Positions 1 to 9,126 of a stretch of 64,000 nt of DNA are shown piece after piece. A program made the translations under genes and the position numbers. The notes beneath the pieces were generated by a model that was given only the letters and a program-made list of their open reading frames with translations, did no database searches and was not told where the DNA came from. Positions within the stretch are counted from its first letter, which is position 1; each line of letters starts with the position of its first letter. The stretch comes from Candidatus Enterousia sp. (GTDB lineage Bacteria; Pseudomonadota; Alphaproteobacteria; Rs-D84): assembly GCA_045606425.1 (NCBI GenBank), contig JAZURV010000001.1:6904-70903 (forward strand), read 5' to 3'.

Positions 1-348
1 AAAGAAGATTTAACTTTTGATTCTTTGGACAAAGTTGAATTTATGCTGAACACAGAATATATTTTTGGCGAATGGGCGCGAAACGAAGATGAAACAAAAA
101 TCAATACTGTTGGCGACATTATAAAACTTATTTATGAAAGAAAAAAGGAAGAGAATGAAAAACAAAAAAAATACGAAAATGAAACAGTGCAGGATAATAT
201 AAAACAACTTTTTGATTTTGCAAACGGGATTCAAAATCTTGAAGTGCGTAAAGAATATCTAAGAAATTTGCGCAAAATTGAATTTGTAATCAAAGAATTG
301 ACAACACCATCGATTCTTGCCAAAATACAGAAATATAAAACAAAGTAG
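1..348 (+). CDS. Acyl-carrier-protein-like domain protein, 5' end cut by the window edge, with a Lys/Glu-rich C-terminal extension
   Basis: Frame 1 is open from base 1. The translation KEDLTFDSLDKVEFMLNTEYIFG contains a carrier-protein-type D-S-L-D phosphopantetheine-attachment motif. Confidence 0.45.
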   Translation, partial: KEDLTFDSLDKVEFMLNTEYIFGEWARNEDETKINTVGDIIKLIYERKKEENEKQKKYENETVQDNIKQLFDFANGIQNLEVRKEYLRNLRKIEFVIKELTTPSILAKIQKYKTK

Positions 349-354
349 GAAGAT

Positions 355-1110
355 ATGGCTGACAAAAACCAAACATTTTCATCAGAAAAGGAATTTTTGG
401 CAAATTATGATGCGTCCGCATTTGACCGACCATCTGTCACAGCAGACGTGTTGATATTTTCTGTGTCAAACAGCGCGGCTGAAAATTGGCGTCGTACCGA
501 CAAGAAATCTTTCAGTGTATTATTGGTTCGACGCGATGATTATCCTGAAATAGGTAAATGGAATTTACCTGGCGGTTTTGTTGGAATCAAAGAAACTGCA
601 TTGGATGCTGCACACAGAATTTTGTGTTCTGAAACTGGGGCCGTCGGCGATATTTACTTGGAACAATTATATACATTTGATGCGCCAAATCGCGATCCGC
701 GAACACGCGTTTTTTCTGTTGCTCATATGGCTTTGGTAAACAAAGATAATCTTCATTATTCGGGGGCACGCGATGCCAAATGGTTTGATATAGAATTTGA
801 TAAAGATAAACTTGTTTTGCGCACTAGCGATTTGATTTTAACCGATAAAGATTTGGCATTTGATCACGCGACAATTATCCGCACTGGCATTGAACGTCTG
901 CGCAATAAAATTGAATACACAGATATAGTATTTGATATGATGCCACGCGAATTTACACTGGGCGAATTGCAACAGGTGTATGAAATAATCTTGGGACGTA
1001 AATTGTTGCCTGCGGCATTTCGCAGAACAATCGCAAACAAAGTTGTTGCGACAGACAAAATGCGTACTGGATCTGGTCATCGTCCATCGGTATTATTTAA
1101 GAAAAAATAA
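355..1110 (+). CDS. NrtR-like Nudix-related transcriptional regulator (Nudix domain plus C-terminal winged helix)
   Basis: Degenerate Nudix box GGFVGIKETALDAAHRILCSETG. The C-terminal FTLGELQQVYEIILGRKLLPAAFRR...GHRPSVLF matches the NrtR-type wHTH tail. Confidence 0.7.
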   Translation: MADKNQTFSSEKEFLANYDASAFDRPSVTADVLIFSVSNSAAENWRRTDKKSFSVLLVRRDDYPEIGKWNLPGGFVGIKETALDAAHRILCSETGAVGDIYLEQLYTFDAPNRDPRTRVFSVAHMALVNKDNLHYSGARDAKWFDIEFDKDKLVLRTSDLILTDKDLAFDHATIIRTGIERLRNKIEYTDIVFDMMPREFTLGELQQVYEIILGRKLLPAAFRRTIANKVVATDKMRTGSGHRPSVLFKKK

Positions 1111-1139
1111 TATATATTTTTCGCTTTGTATTTAATCAA

Positions 1140-1375
1140 TTCAAACCATGTGTGCTGAGAACAGGGGGCCAAGAATTCGTGTTCCTGATGTTTTTTGATC
1201 GTCTAAACCACTTTTGTGTGTGGCCGGTGTGTAAACCGTGTGTAGCAAGGACAACGGAATGGCATAACGGTATTTTGCGGGGTTGAAAAAGTGGTGTAAA
1301 CTGTGTGTAAACACGTTCTGTGTAAACCAAGTGTAAAAAGTTACTCAGAGTAAAACCATATGTGGATAGATTGTT
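1140..1375. repeat. Iteron-like cluster of 6-7 TAAACC-n-TGTGT / GTGTAAAC motifs in an intergenic region
   Basis: Direct reading shows caaaccatgtgtg, ctaaaccacttttgtgtgtgg, gtgtaaaccgtgtgtag, gtgtaaactgtgtgtaaacacg, tgtgtaaaccaagtgtaaaa and gtaaaaccatatgtggata. No convincing coding frame. Confidence 0.6.
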
Positions 1376-1470
1376 AGCGTAAACGGTCAAATTTCTTTTC
1401 TTAATAAGCAGCGGTTATTAGCGCATTTTTTTCAGATAGAGAGTAATGTGGAGGGAACCCTTTGGCGCCG

Positions 1471-1508
1471 TTAACAGTCTGTTGTTCTGCCGACTGAACT
1501 ATGCCCGA
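1471..1508 (-). pseudogene. tRNA-Asn(GUU)-like 5' half (acceptor strand, D-arm and anticodon loop only)
   Basis: The reverse complement TCGGGCATAGTTCAGTCGGCAGAACAACAGACTGTTAA matches the tRNA-Asn D-arm and CTGTTAA anticodon loop. The 3' anticodon-stem strand, T-arm and 3' acceptor strand are absent. Confidence 0.4.
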
Positions 1509-1652
1509 ATAACGCGACATATAATAACCATAAAATCCGCATAAATTAAAAGTATAAATTCGAACAAAATGGTTTTTGCTACAAAAGCTGGCTTGACTTG
1601 CCGTTGGGCGATGAATTATAATTTTACCATTGTATAAAGAAAGGAGTACAAC

Positions 1653-2675
1653 ATGAAATGGGCAGTTTTAATTGTAATTATCTTGGTTTTAGGCGTGTTG
1701 GGGATTTTCTATGTTCCGTCCAACAGATGGGATAATGTGTTTCCGCAAAATCCCAATGTCGTCACACAAAAAGTGCATTTTCACAATCGCTATGGCATTG
1801 AATTGACTGGCGATTTATATATGCCGAAAAATAAAAGCGCAGAAAAATTGCCAGCGATAGCTGTTTCGGGCCCGTTTGGCGCAGTCAAAGAACAATCGTC
1901 GGGTCTGTATGCCCAAGAAATGGCGTCGCGTGGTTTTATAACATTGGCTTTTGACCCATCTTTTACTGGGGAAAGTGGGGGGCGGGTTCGTAATGTTGCG
2001 TCCCCTGATATAAACACCGAAGATTTTTCGGCGGCTGTTGATTACCTGAGCAATCGCAACGATGTTGATTCTGACAAGATAGGTATAATTGGAATTTGCG
2101 GTTGGGGCGGTATGGCGATAAATGCTGCTGCTATGGATACGCGAATCAAGGCCACAGTGGCATCGACTATGTATGACATGACGCGTGTGACTGCCAACGG
2201 ATATTTTGACGCAGATAATAATCCTGATGCGCGTTTTGCGACCAAAAAGGCATTAAACGAACAACGCACCGTCGATTATAAAAATGGCAAATATAAACTG
2301 GCAGGTGGCGTGGTTGACCCGTTGCCAGATGATGCACCACAATTTGTCAAAGACTATTATGCCTATTATAAAACACCGCGTGGGTATCACAAACGTTCGT
2401 TAAATTCGAACAACGGTTGGAACACAACCAGTGCTTTATCATTCATCAACATGCCAATATTGCAACGCAGTGATGAAATCCGCAGTGCTGTGATGGTTGT
2501 GCATGGCGAAAAGGCGCATTCCAGATACTTTGGCGAAGACGCGTTTAAAAAATTGAAGGGCACAAACAAAGAATTGGTAATCGTACCAGGTGCAAATCAT
2601 GTCGATTTGTATGATAATATGGAAAAAATACCGTTTGATAAAATCGAAAAATTTTTCCAGACAAATTTGAAATAA
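1653..2675 (+). CDS. Alpha/beta-fold hydrolase (dienelactone-hydrolase-like, Cys nucleophile) with an N-terminal membrane anchor
   Basis: N-terminal TM helix, nucleophile elbow GICGWGG and a C-terminal HGEKAH...NHVDLYD histidine region. A good RBS (aaaggag) lies upstream. Confidence 0.65.
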   Translation: MKWAVLIVIILVLGVLGIFYVPSNRWDNVFPQNPNVVTQKVHFHNRYGIELTGDLYMPKNKSAEKLPAIAVSGPFGAVKEQSSGLYAQEMASRGFITLAFDPSFTGESGGRVRNVASPDINTEDFSAAVDYLSNRNDVDSDKIGIIGICGWGGMAINAAAMDTRIKATVASTMYDMTRVTANGYFDADNNPDARFATKKALNEQRTVDYKNGKYKLAGGVVDPLPDDAPQFVKDYYAYYKTPRGYHKRSLNSNNGWNTTSALSFINMPILQRSDEIRSAVMVVHGEKAHSRYFGEDAFKKLKGTNKELVIVPGANHVDLYDNMEKIPFDKIEKFFQTNLK

Positions 2676-2700
2676 TTTGCAACGGTTCTATGGTTAAAAA

Positions 2701-2728
2701 AACACCGCGTTGGCGGTGTTTTATTTTG
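2701..2728. terminator. Bidirectional intrinsic terminator between convergent genes
   Basis: Hairpin aacaccgc-gttg-gcggtgtt, flanked by an A-run upstream and a T-run downstream. Confidence 0.6.
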
Positions 2729-2730
2729 GT

Positions 2731-2973
2731 TTATTTCGAAAGGTCATCGTTGCTGATGTATTTGAAAAAGTCCTGGGGCGCGGCATTCGTCGCGTTCAGT
2801 ATTTTTGAAATTGTTTCAGTTGATGGCCAACGGGGCTGACCAAACACGGATGCGCGTTTGCTTTTGTTAAAAGTGGTTGGGTCCAGACCGCTGCGCTTTG
2901 CCAGTGCAGAACACGACATGCCGTGGTCTTGGGCGAACAGTTCAATTGCATGCCAAATTTGATAGTGATTCAT
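2731..2973 (-). CDS. XRE/Cro-type helix-turn-helix transcriptional regulator
   Basis: MNHYQIWHAIELFAQDHGMSCSALAKRSGLDPTTFNKSKR is an HTH_3-like motif. The start was moved to the ATG preceded by aggaaggaaaaa. Confidence 0.6.
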   Translation of the reverse strand: MNHYQIWHAIELFAQDHGMSCSALAKRSGLDPTTFNKSKRASVFGQPRWPSTETISKILNATNAAPQDFFKYISNDDLSK

Positions 2974-3164
2974 GATGTTTTTCCTTCCTTTTTTTGTTGT
3001 GTCTTCCAATCCATGTGGGTATTTTATCATCGTACGATAACATAATCAACAAAAACAACTATAACTAGAAAAGATTCCTGTGTTTTTACGAAATATAAAA
3101 ATATATTGCTATTATTTTTGTATTGTTTCAAAATGTAGATATATGAAAAGAAAAGGGGAAGTCC

Positions 3165-4403
3165 ATGAATAAATATATTTCTGTAATTGCTGTATTGGTT
3201 GTGGCTGGTTGTGCCGGTGGTGGTTCTGGTCCAGATGGACGTTTTCAGGTTTCGTCTGCGTCCCGATATGTCCAGGCAACCGAAGCGGCGGCAGAAAGTA
3301 ATAAAGAATTGACCGGGATGAATTCTGAAATTGTTATTTGCGATGGTGCATGCCCGTCGCATTTGCGTACAATTGGAACGCCGTCACGCGCGCGCAGTTC
3401 TTCGGTTCAACAGGGCGGTGTAAACCTGACTGTATATGATTTGTCTGATGTTAAATTCGATTTTGCCGAAGAGGGCTTTGGTGACACATTCACATTTGTT
3501 GTTGATTCAGATAAAAAGATTGTCGCAATCGATATGAATATCCCAGAAGACGAAATAAACACTGACAATGTTGATGGGTATACTGCGGACTATAATATAA
3601 CCAAGAAAAACGGAAAAATATATTTCAATCGTAATGACGATAATACTTTTTCGGGATTCTTTAATGACAATCGTTATGCAGAAAACGAAAACAACAATCA
3701 GGAAAACAACAACCAAGTAAATAATAATCAAGAAAACAATAACGAACAGGAAATTGACGGTTCTAATTGGGAATTGGCGAAATATACCTATGCGTCAAAG
3801 GGTGGTGACATGGGGTTAAAATATTCTGATTTTGGAAATATTGGAATACACGAAAATAAAAACACAACGAATACTGATGATTCGCGATTGGTTTTTATTG
3901 GTGGATATGATGATGCGAAAAAACTGGATTCTGTGAATCAAGATATAACCCAATCCGATAAATTCGAAGGTTTTGCCACAGGAAATGTGACCGCGATAAA
4001 GAATGGCGAAGGCAGCGGAAAATCACTGAATATTGACGGGGCGGCACAGTTGACATTTGATAAAACAACCAAAGAAACAACCATCAGTGCCCAGTTCGGC
4101 AATTGGTACGATGTTGTTTATACAGAAGATGCCGATACCAAGAAAATAGAATTATCTAATTATCAGGGGTCGGACGATTTCAAAATGTTGACGGCTGAAA
4201 ATGATGGTACGGTGACGATAACAGATACGGGCATAGATTCTGATATTCGTTATTTTGGTGATAACGACAAACCATCAGAAGCAGTCGGTTTAATCCAGGT
4301 CCGCGATTGTAATGGCGCAGAATGCACAAACGATTACGGAACAGCAGATGACCCAAATAAAGAAGTTCGTATGAATATTGGTTTTGGTGTCAAAGATAAC
4401 TAA
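3165..4403 (+). CDS. Surface lipoprotein, putative Slam substrate (TbpB/fHbp-like C-terminal barrel) with an Asn-rich low-complexity linker
   Basis: Signal peptide with lipobox VVAGC, a NENNNQENNNQVNNNQENNNEQE linker and a beta-rich C-terminus ending IGFGVKDN. It sits immediately upstream of a DUF560/Slam gene. Confidence 0.55.
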   Translation: MNKYISVIAVLVVAGCAGGGSGPDGRFQVSSASRYVQATEAAAESNKELTGMNSEIVICDGACPSHLRTIGTPSRARSSSVQQGGVNLTVYDLSDVKFDFAEEGFGDTFTFVVDSDKKIVAIDMNIPEDEINTDNVDGYTADYNITKKNGKIYFNRNDDNTFSGFFNDNRYAENENNNQENNNQVNNNQENNNEQEIDGSNWELAKYTYASKGGDMGLKYSDFGNIGIHENKNTTNTDDSRLVFIGGYDDAKKLDSVNQDITQSDKFEGFATGNVTAIKNGEGSGKSLNIDGAAQLTFDKTTKETTISAQFGNWYDVVYTEDADTKKIELSNYQGSDDFKMLTAENDGTVTITDTGIDSDIRYFGDNDKPSEAVGLIQVRDCNGAECTNDYGTADDPNKEVRMNIGFGVKDN

Positions 4404-4410
4404 ATAATCT

Positions 4411-5766
4411 GTGCAGAAAGTTTTTGTAATTTTATTGACTATTCTGGTGCCGACGATTGTGTCGGCCCAGGTTTCTGTTGAAAAAAAAGGCGATAAAACA
4501 GAAGTCACAATGTCTGCCATAGACGCTGTTAAATTGGCCGGAAACTTAATCGAACATGGCGATATAGAACATGCCCAACAGATATTGACCAAAATGCCCC
4601 AGACAAACAGTCTGCCAGTGGAAATAGAGCGCTGGTTTCTATTGGCGCAAATTGCCCAGCGTCAGGGCGATTATGAAAACGCGATAAAAATATATCGAAA
4701 AATTCTGGATGACCAACCTGATTTAGCGCGTATCCGTTTTGAATTGGCGCTGTGTTATATGCACACGCACCAGTGGTATCGTGCAGACTATCATTTGCGA
4801 CTGGCGATGGCAGGCAAAGATTTGTCGCCCCAGGTAAAACAGATGATGGCTTATTATCGTTATGTAATTCGTCAGAATAAGCGTTGGAACATATGGTTTA
4901 ATTTTGGTGCCGCCCCAGACAGTAATATAAATAACGGCAATGGTGGTGAAGAATGTATCGTGAACGGCTGGGGACGCTTTTGCCGCAATTTGCGCGAACC
5001 AGAATCTGTGGTTGGAACAAATTTGACACTGGGCGGAAATTATGAATTTGTATTGTCTGACCATTGGCGTTGGAAAAGTGATGCGAACATTTATTCAAAC
5101 ACTTACAATAATCATGATTATGATGATTTGTATTTGTCTGCGTCAACTGGTCCGCGTTATATTTGGTCGCGTGGGGATGTATGGTTGGCGGCAATTGGTG
5201 CGCGTCGGTGGTATGGCGGCGAAAAATATAATTATTCATACGGAACAAAATTGGATACCAATTATGATTTTACGCGCAAATTATCTGGCGGATTGTCGTT
5301 GCGATATATGGAAAACAAATATGATGAATATGGGTCTTTCCTGAATGGGAATACATATAATGGTGCATTACGATTTACATATTCACTAAATGCGCGGCTT
5401 TATACTGTTTTCAGGACAGGATTGACCCGCGAAGTGGCTGTAAATCCAATGTATTCATATTGGCAACCAAATTTTGCAATTGGTTTGGGAATTGAAATGC
5501 CGTATGGTTTTCATATTTATGCAGAACCATCATTTTATGCATCTAAATACGACAAACCACAATGGGTTGTCAAAGACGATTCATACACGCAAATCACAGA
5601 ACGCGATTTTGTGCAAAGATACGCACTATCTGTATCAAATAATAAATTTGATGTGTGGGGTTTTGTGCCGACATTTACAATATCTTATACAAAGCGTGAT
5701 TCTAATATTTGGCAAAGAGAATACCATAAAACAACATTGGAATTCACGATGCAGCAACGGTTTTAA
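4411..5766 (+). CDS. Surface lipoprotein assembly modifier (Slam; N-terminal TPR plus DUF560 outer-membrane barrel)
   Basis: GTG start, signal peptide, TPR-like region (QRQGDYENAIKIYRKILDDQPD), then a Tyr/Gly-rich beta-barrel with WNIWFNFGAAPDSNINNG and a terminal Phe. Confidence 0.7.
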   Translation: MQKVFVILLTILVPTIVSAQVSVEKKGDKTEVTMSAIDAVKLAGNLIEHGDIEHAQQILTKMPQTNSLPVEIERWFLLAQIAQRQGDYENAIKIYRKILDDQPDLARIRFELALCYMHTHQWYRADYHLRLAMAGKDLSPQVKQMMAYYRYVIRQNKRWNIWFNFGAAPDSNINNGNGGEECIVNGWGRFCRNLREPESVVGTNLTLGGNYEFVLSDHWRWKSDANIYSNTYNNHDYDDLYLSASTGPRYIWSRGDVWLAAIGARRWYGGEKYNYSYGTKLDTNYDFTRKLSGGLSLRYMENKYDEYGSFLNGNTYNGALRFTYSLNARLYTVFRTGLTREVAVNPMYSYWQPNFAIGLGIEMPYGFHIYAEPSFYASKYDKPQWVVKDDSYTQITERDFVQRYALSVSNNKFDVWGFVPTFTISYTKRDSNIWQREYHKTTLEFTMQQRF

Positions 5767-5843
5767 TCTGTCAGTTTTTTTATTGAAAAAAAATCCCATT
5801 TTTGCTAGGATAATTCTCATAGGATAAAATGTAGGAAAATCAT

Positions 5844-7187
5844 ATGAAATTCAAATTTGCAACAGTTGCGCTGGTTCTGCCGTCAATCGCGTTTGGGGGC
5901 GATGATTGTGCGACCATGCGTCGCGTTCCAGACGGTGTTCAATCTTTGCAAGATGTTATAAATCTGGGGCTGTGTCGAAACCCACAAACGGCGGCTGCAT
6001 ATGCGGCATTGCGTTCCAGTCATTTCAACAAAAATGCGGGCTATGCAAGTTATTTGCCAAATGTTTCTTTGTCTGCCAGTGCCAGCAAGAATTTTGCACA
6101 AAGCGTCGACACAAAAAATCCGAATTATGATTGGGGTTATGGTGCGTCGATTTCTGCATCGTATTTAATTTTTGATTTTGGAAAGCGTTCTTCTGATTTT
6201 GCACAGACTTTGGCGATGTATCGTGCCGCAGGATTTGATTATGATGAAACTGTCCAGAATTTTGTTTATGGTATGGTTGGTTCGTATTATGAATTACTAA
6301 ACGCTGACGCAGATGTAAAATCCGCAGAATCCGCGTTAAAAGTTGCACAAACAGCGAAAGATACTGCCGATAAAAAATTCAAGGCGGGTTCTGTGGCCAA
6401 GGCCGATGTGTACAAGGCTGAAACCACCCTGGCGTCGTCACAGTTGACAATGGAACGGGCAAAAAACAACCGCGAAATAGCCAAGGGTACATTACTGACC
6501 AAATTATCTTTCCCGGCAGACCAGGAAATTGTTATTGCCGATATGTCGTCAACTTTTGGCAGCGAAGCGGAAAACGAAAGCATAGATGAACTGATAAAAA
6601 TCGCGCGTGAAAAAAGACCTGATTTGTTAAAGGCGACGGCAAATAAAGATGCCGCCTGGCACAAACGCAACAGTGCGTTTTTGAAAAATCTGCCGTCAAT
6701 TTCTGCCAATGGCAGCGTGGGTTGGAACGATGACAGATTTCAAGATGTTGTTGCACCAGAAACAAACAAAATGAACGGTTCGATTGGCATTCGTGCGTCG
6801 ATGCCGTTGTTTGCGGGCTTTGCGAATTTGTACGGTTTGCGCGCAGCAGAGGCTGACTATGACCGTGCGAAATATAACGAACAACAAACAAATAACGCCG
6901 CGATGATGGATGTGTTCACCGCATACCAAAATTACAAAACCGCCCAGACGGTTTTAAAACACAGCGAAGCATTATTGAAATCTGCAACAGAAAGCGAACG
7001 CGTCACCGCCGGCATGTATAAAGTAGGCCGCGCAACAATGTTGGATTGGCAGACTGCGCAATCAGAACTGATAAACGCGCAAAAACAAAACAATGCGGCG
7101 AAATACGATTTGTTCGTGAAACGCGCAGCGGTTGCATTGGCAATCGGCGATATTAAATCTGAAATCGAAGGATTGAAAAATGAATAA
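5844..7187 (+). CDS. TolC-family outer-membrane efflux protein
   Basis: Signal peptide and two OEP repeats with typical LN.AD..v..AE..l..A coiled-coil segments. It overlaps the downstream adaptor gene. Confidence 0.85.
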   Translation: MKFKFATVALVLPSIAFGGDDCATMRRVPDGVQSLQDVINLGLCRNPQTAAAYAALRSSHFNKNAGYASYLPNVSLSASASKNFAQSVDTKNPNYDWGYGASISASYLIFDFGKRSSDFAQTLAMYRAAGFDYDETVQNFVYGMVGSYYELLNADADVKSAESALKVAQTAKDTADKKFKAGSVAKADVYKAETTLASSQLTMERAKNNREIAKGTLLTKLSFPADQEIVIADMSSTFGSEAENESIDELIKIAREKRPDLLKATANKDAAWHKRNSAFLKNLPSISANGSVGWNDDRFQDVVAPETNKMNGSIGIRASMPLFAGFANLYGLRAAEADYDRAKYNEQQTNNAAMMDVFTAYQNYKTAQTVLKHSEALLKSATESERVTAGMYKVGRATMLDWQTAQSELINAQKQNNAAKYDLFVKRAAVALAIGDIKSEIEGLKNE

Positions 7188-8364
7188 GAAAAAGAATTGG
7201 ATTTTGCGTCATAAATGGTGGTTTGTTCTGGCGATTGCGCTGTTTGTTGCGGTTTGGGGCATTGGGTTGAATACTAAAAAGGCAACACAAAAGAAATTTG
7301 TCACCATGGACATAACGCGTGGCGATATTTCGCAGACCGTGACTGCGACGGGTGAAATTATGCCGGTAAATACAGTGAATGTTGGGTCCCAGGTATCTGG
7401 CACAATCGAAGAAATTTTTGTTGATTATAATTCGACTGTGAAAAAGGGCGATAAATTATTGACCATTGAACCGTCGGTATTACAGGCATCGGTTGATGAG
7501 GCTAAGGCATCTTTGGACAGCGCGGTTTCGCAACGCAATTATGCAAAAAACGAATACAATCGTAACAAAACACTTTATAACGAAGGCTTTATTGCGCGTT
7601 CTGAAATGGAACAATCACAGATGCAGTACGAACAGGCAGAATCGTCGGTTATTCGTGCGCAATCGCAATATGACAAAGCGGTGACCAATCTGGGATACGC
7701 AACAATTGTGTCGCCGGTTGATGGTACGGTTGTTTCACGCAAAGTGGACAAGGGTCAAACTGTTGCGGCATCTTTCCAGACACCTGATTTGTTTGAAATC
7801 GCCGAAGATTTAACAAAAATGCAGATTGAAACAGCGGTATCAGAGGCGGACATTGGTGTCATAAAGCAGGGTCAACCGGTGACTTTCACAGTTGACGCGT
7901 ATTCGTCTGAAAAATTTATTGGTTCTGTGCGCCAGGTGCGCCTGTCCCCGACAATGACATCGAATGTTGTGGTTTACACAGTTGTAATAGATGTTGATAA
8001 TTCTGATTTGAAACTGATGCCGGGAATGACTGCGTTTGTGACCATTACTGTCAATTCTGCCAAAGACACATGGAAAGCGCAAAATTCCGCATTCTTAGTT
8101 CGCAGTTTTAATGGTATTATCGATGTGTCTGACGAAGCAATAAATCCAAAAAATCACCTGGCGATACAGCGCGACGGGGAAATTATTTTGGTACCATATA
8201 CCAGGGGAATCGCAACCGCCACAGAAACACAAATTATATCTGATGAAATAGAAGAGGGCGATAAAATTGTCATCGGCTATATCGGCCAGGAATCCAAAAA
8301 CAAAAATTCAGGTACCAATAATCGTGGCGGAATGATGGGCGGTCCTGGCGGCGGACCACGCTAA
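7180..8364 (+). CDS. HlyD/MacA-family periplasmic adaptor (membrane fusion protein)
   Basis: N-terminal TM, TATGEIMPVNTVNVGSQVSGTI lipoyl-like motif, coiled-coil hairpin, YATIVSPVDGTVV and a Gly-rich tail. Confidence 0.85.
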   Translation: MNKKKNWILRHKWWFVLAIALFVAVWGIGLNTKKATQKKFVTMDITRGDISQTVTATGEIMPVNTVNVGSQVSGTIEEIFVDYNSTVKKGDKLLTIEPSVLQASVDEAKASLDSAVSQRNYAKNEYNRNKTLYNEGFIARSEMEQSQMQYEQAESSVIRAQSQYDKAVTNLGYATIVSPVDGTVVSRKVDKGQTVAASFQTPDLFEIAEDLTKMQIETAVSEADIGVIKQGQPVTFTVDAYSSEKFIGSVRQVRLSPTMTSNVVVYTVVIDVDNSDLKLMPGMTAFVTITVNSAKDTWKAQNSAFLVRSFNGIIDVSDEAINPKNHLAIQRDGEIILVPYTRGIATATETQIISDEIEEGDKIVIGYIGQESKNKNSGTNNRGGMMGGPGGGPR

Positions 8365-8379
8365 GGCAAAGGTGTCACG

Positions 8380-9126
8380 ATGAAAAGCGCGCCTGTTATA
8401 TCTATGAAAAAAATCTGTAAAAGTTTTCCGCTGGAAATCGGCGGTGCGCAACAGGTTCTGTTCGATATAACTTTTACGATTAAATCGGGTGAATTTGTTG
8501 CAATAATGGGACCATCTGGTTCAGGAAAATCGACCTGTATGAATATTATCGGTGCCCTGGACAGTGCCAGCAGTGGTATTTACGAATTATACGGCAAAGA
8601 TATCACAACACTGACCCCAGATGAATTGGCGACGGTTCGAAACGAATATATTGGATTTGTTTTCCAGAACTTTAATTTATTGCCGAAACGAAATATATTG
8701 GACAATGTGATGTTGCCGCTGATGTATCGTGGCCTGCCGATGAGTGAGCGTTTATCGCGTGCGCGCGAAATGTTGAAATTGGTTGGGTTGGAAAAATTTG
8801 AAACATATTTGCCAACACAATTATCGGGCGGAATGAAACAGCGTGTCGCGATCGCGCGTGCATTGGCGGGAAATCCAAAACTGATTCTGGCAGACGAACC
8901 GACCGGCGCACTGGATTCCAAAATGGGGAATGAAATATTAAAGTTTTTCAAGAAACTAAATAAAGAATTGGGTATAACCATAATAATGATAACCCATGAA
9001 TTTGAAATTGCGCAATATGCGAATCGTGTAATTCATATTTACGATGGGCGCATTACATTTGACGGTCCGATTCCGCGCAACGAATCTGTATTGTTGAAAT
9101 CTGAAAAAAGGGCGCACAAAAAATGA
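8380..9126 (+). CDS. MacB/LolD-type ABC transporter ATP-binding protein
   Basis: Walker A GPSGSGKST, signature LSGGMKQRVAIARAL and Walker B LILADEPTGALD. Confidence 0.9.
   Translation: MKSAPVISMKKICKSFPLEIGGAQQVLFDITFTIKSGEFVAIMGPSGSGKSTCMNIIGALDSASSGIYELYGKDITTLTPDELATVRNEYIGFVFQNFNLLPKRNILDNVMLPLMYRGLPMSERLSRAREMLKLVGLEKFETYLPTQLSGGMKQRVAIARALAGNPKLILADEPTGALDSKMGNEILKFFKKLNKELGITIIMITHEFEIAQYANRVIHIYDGRITFDGPIPRNESVLLKSEKRAHKK

Noticed and set aside
1140-1375. Chromosomal origin of replication (DnaA-box cluster)
   Set aside because: Only one near-consensus DnaA box (TGTGGATAG) is present, and the dominant motif differs from TTATCCACA at 3 of 9 positions. No typical origin-flanking genes are nearby. 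It is kept only as an unexplained iteron-like array.
1136-1390. ORF 1136-1390 (-), 84 aa
   Set aside because: It lies entirely within the iteron-like repeat array, its sequence is driven by the repeats (HGLHTGHTQ..., THGLN), and it has no RBS.
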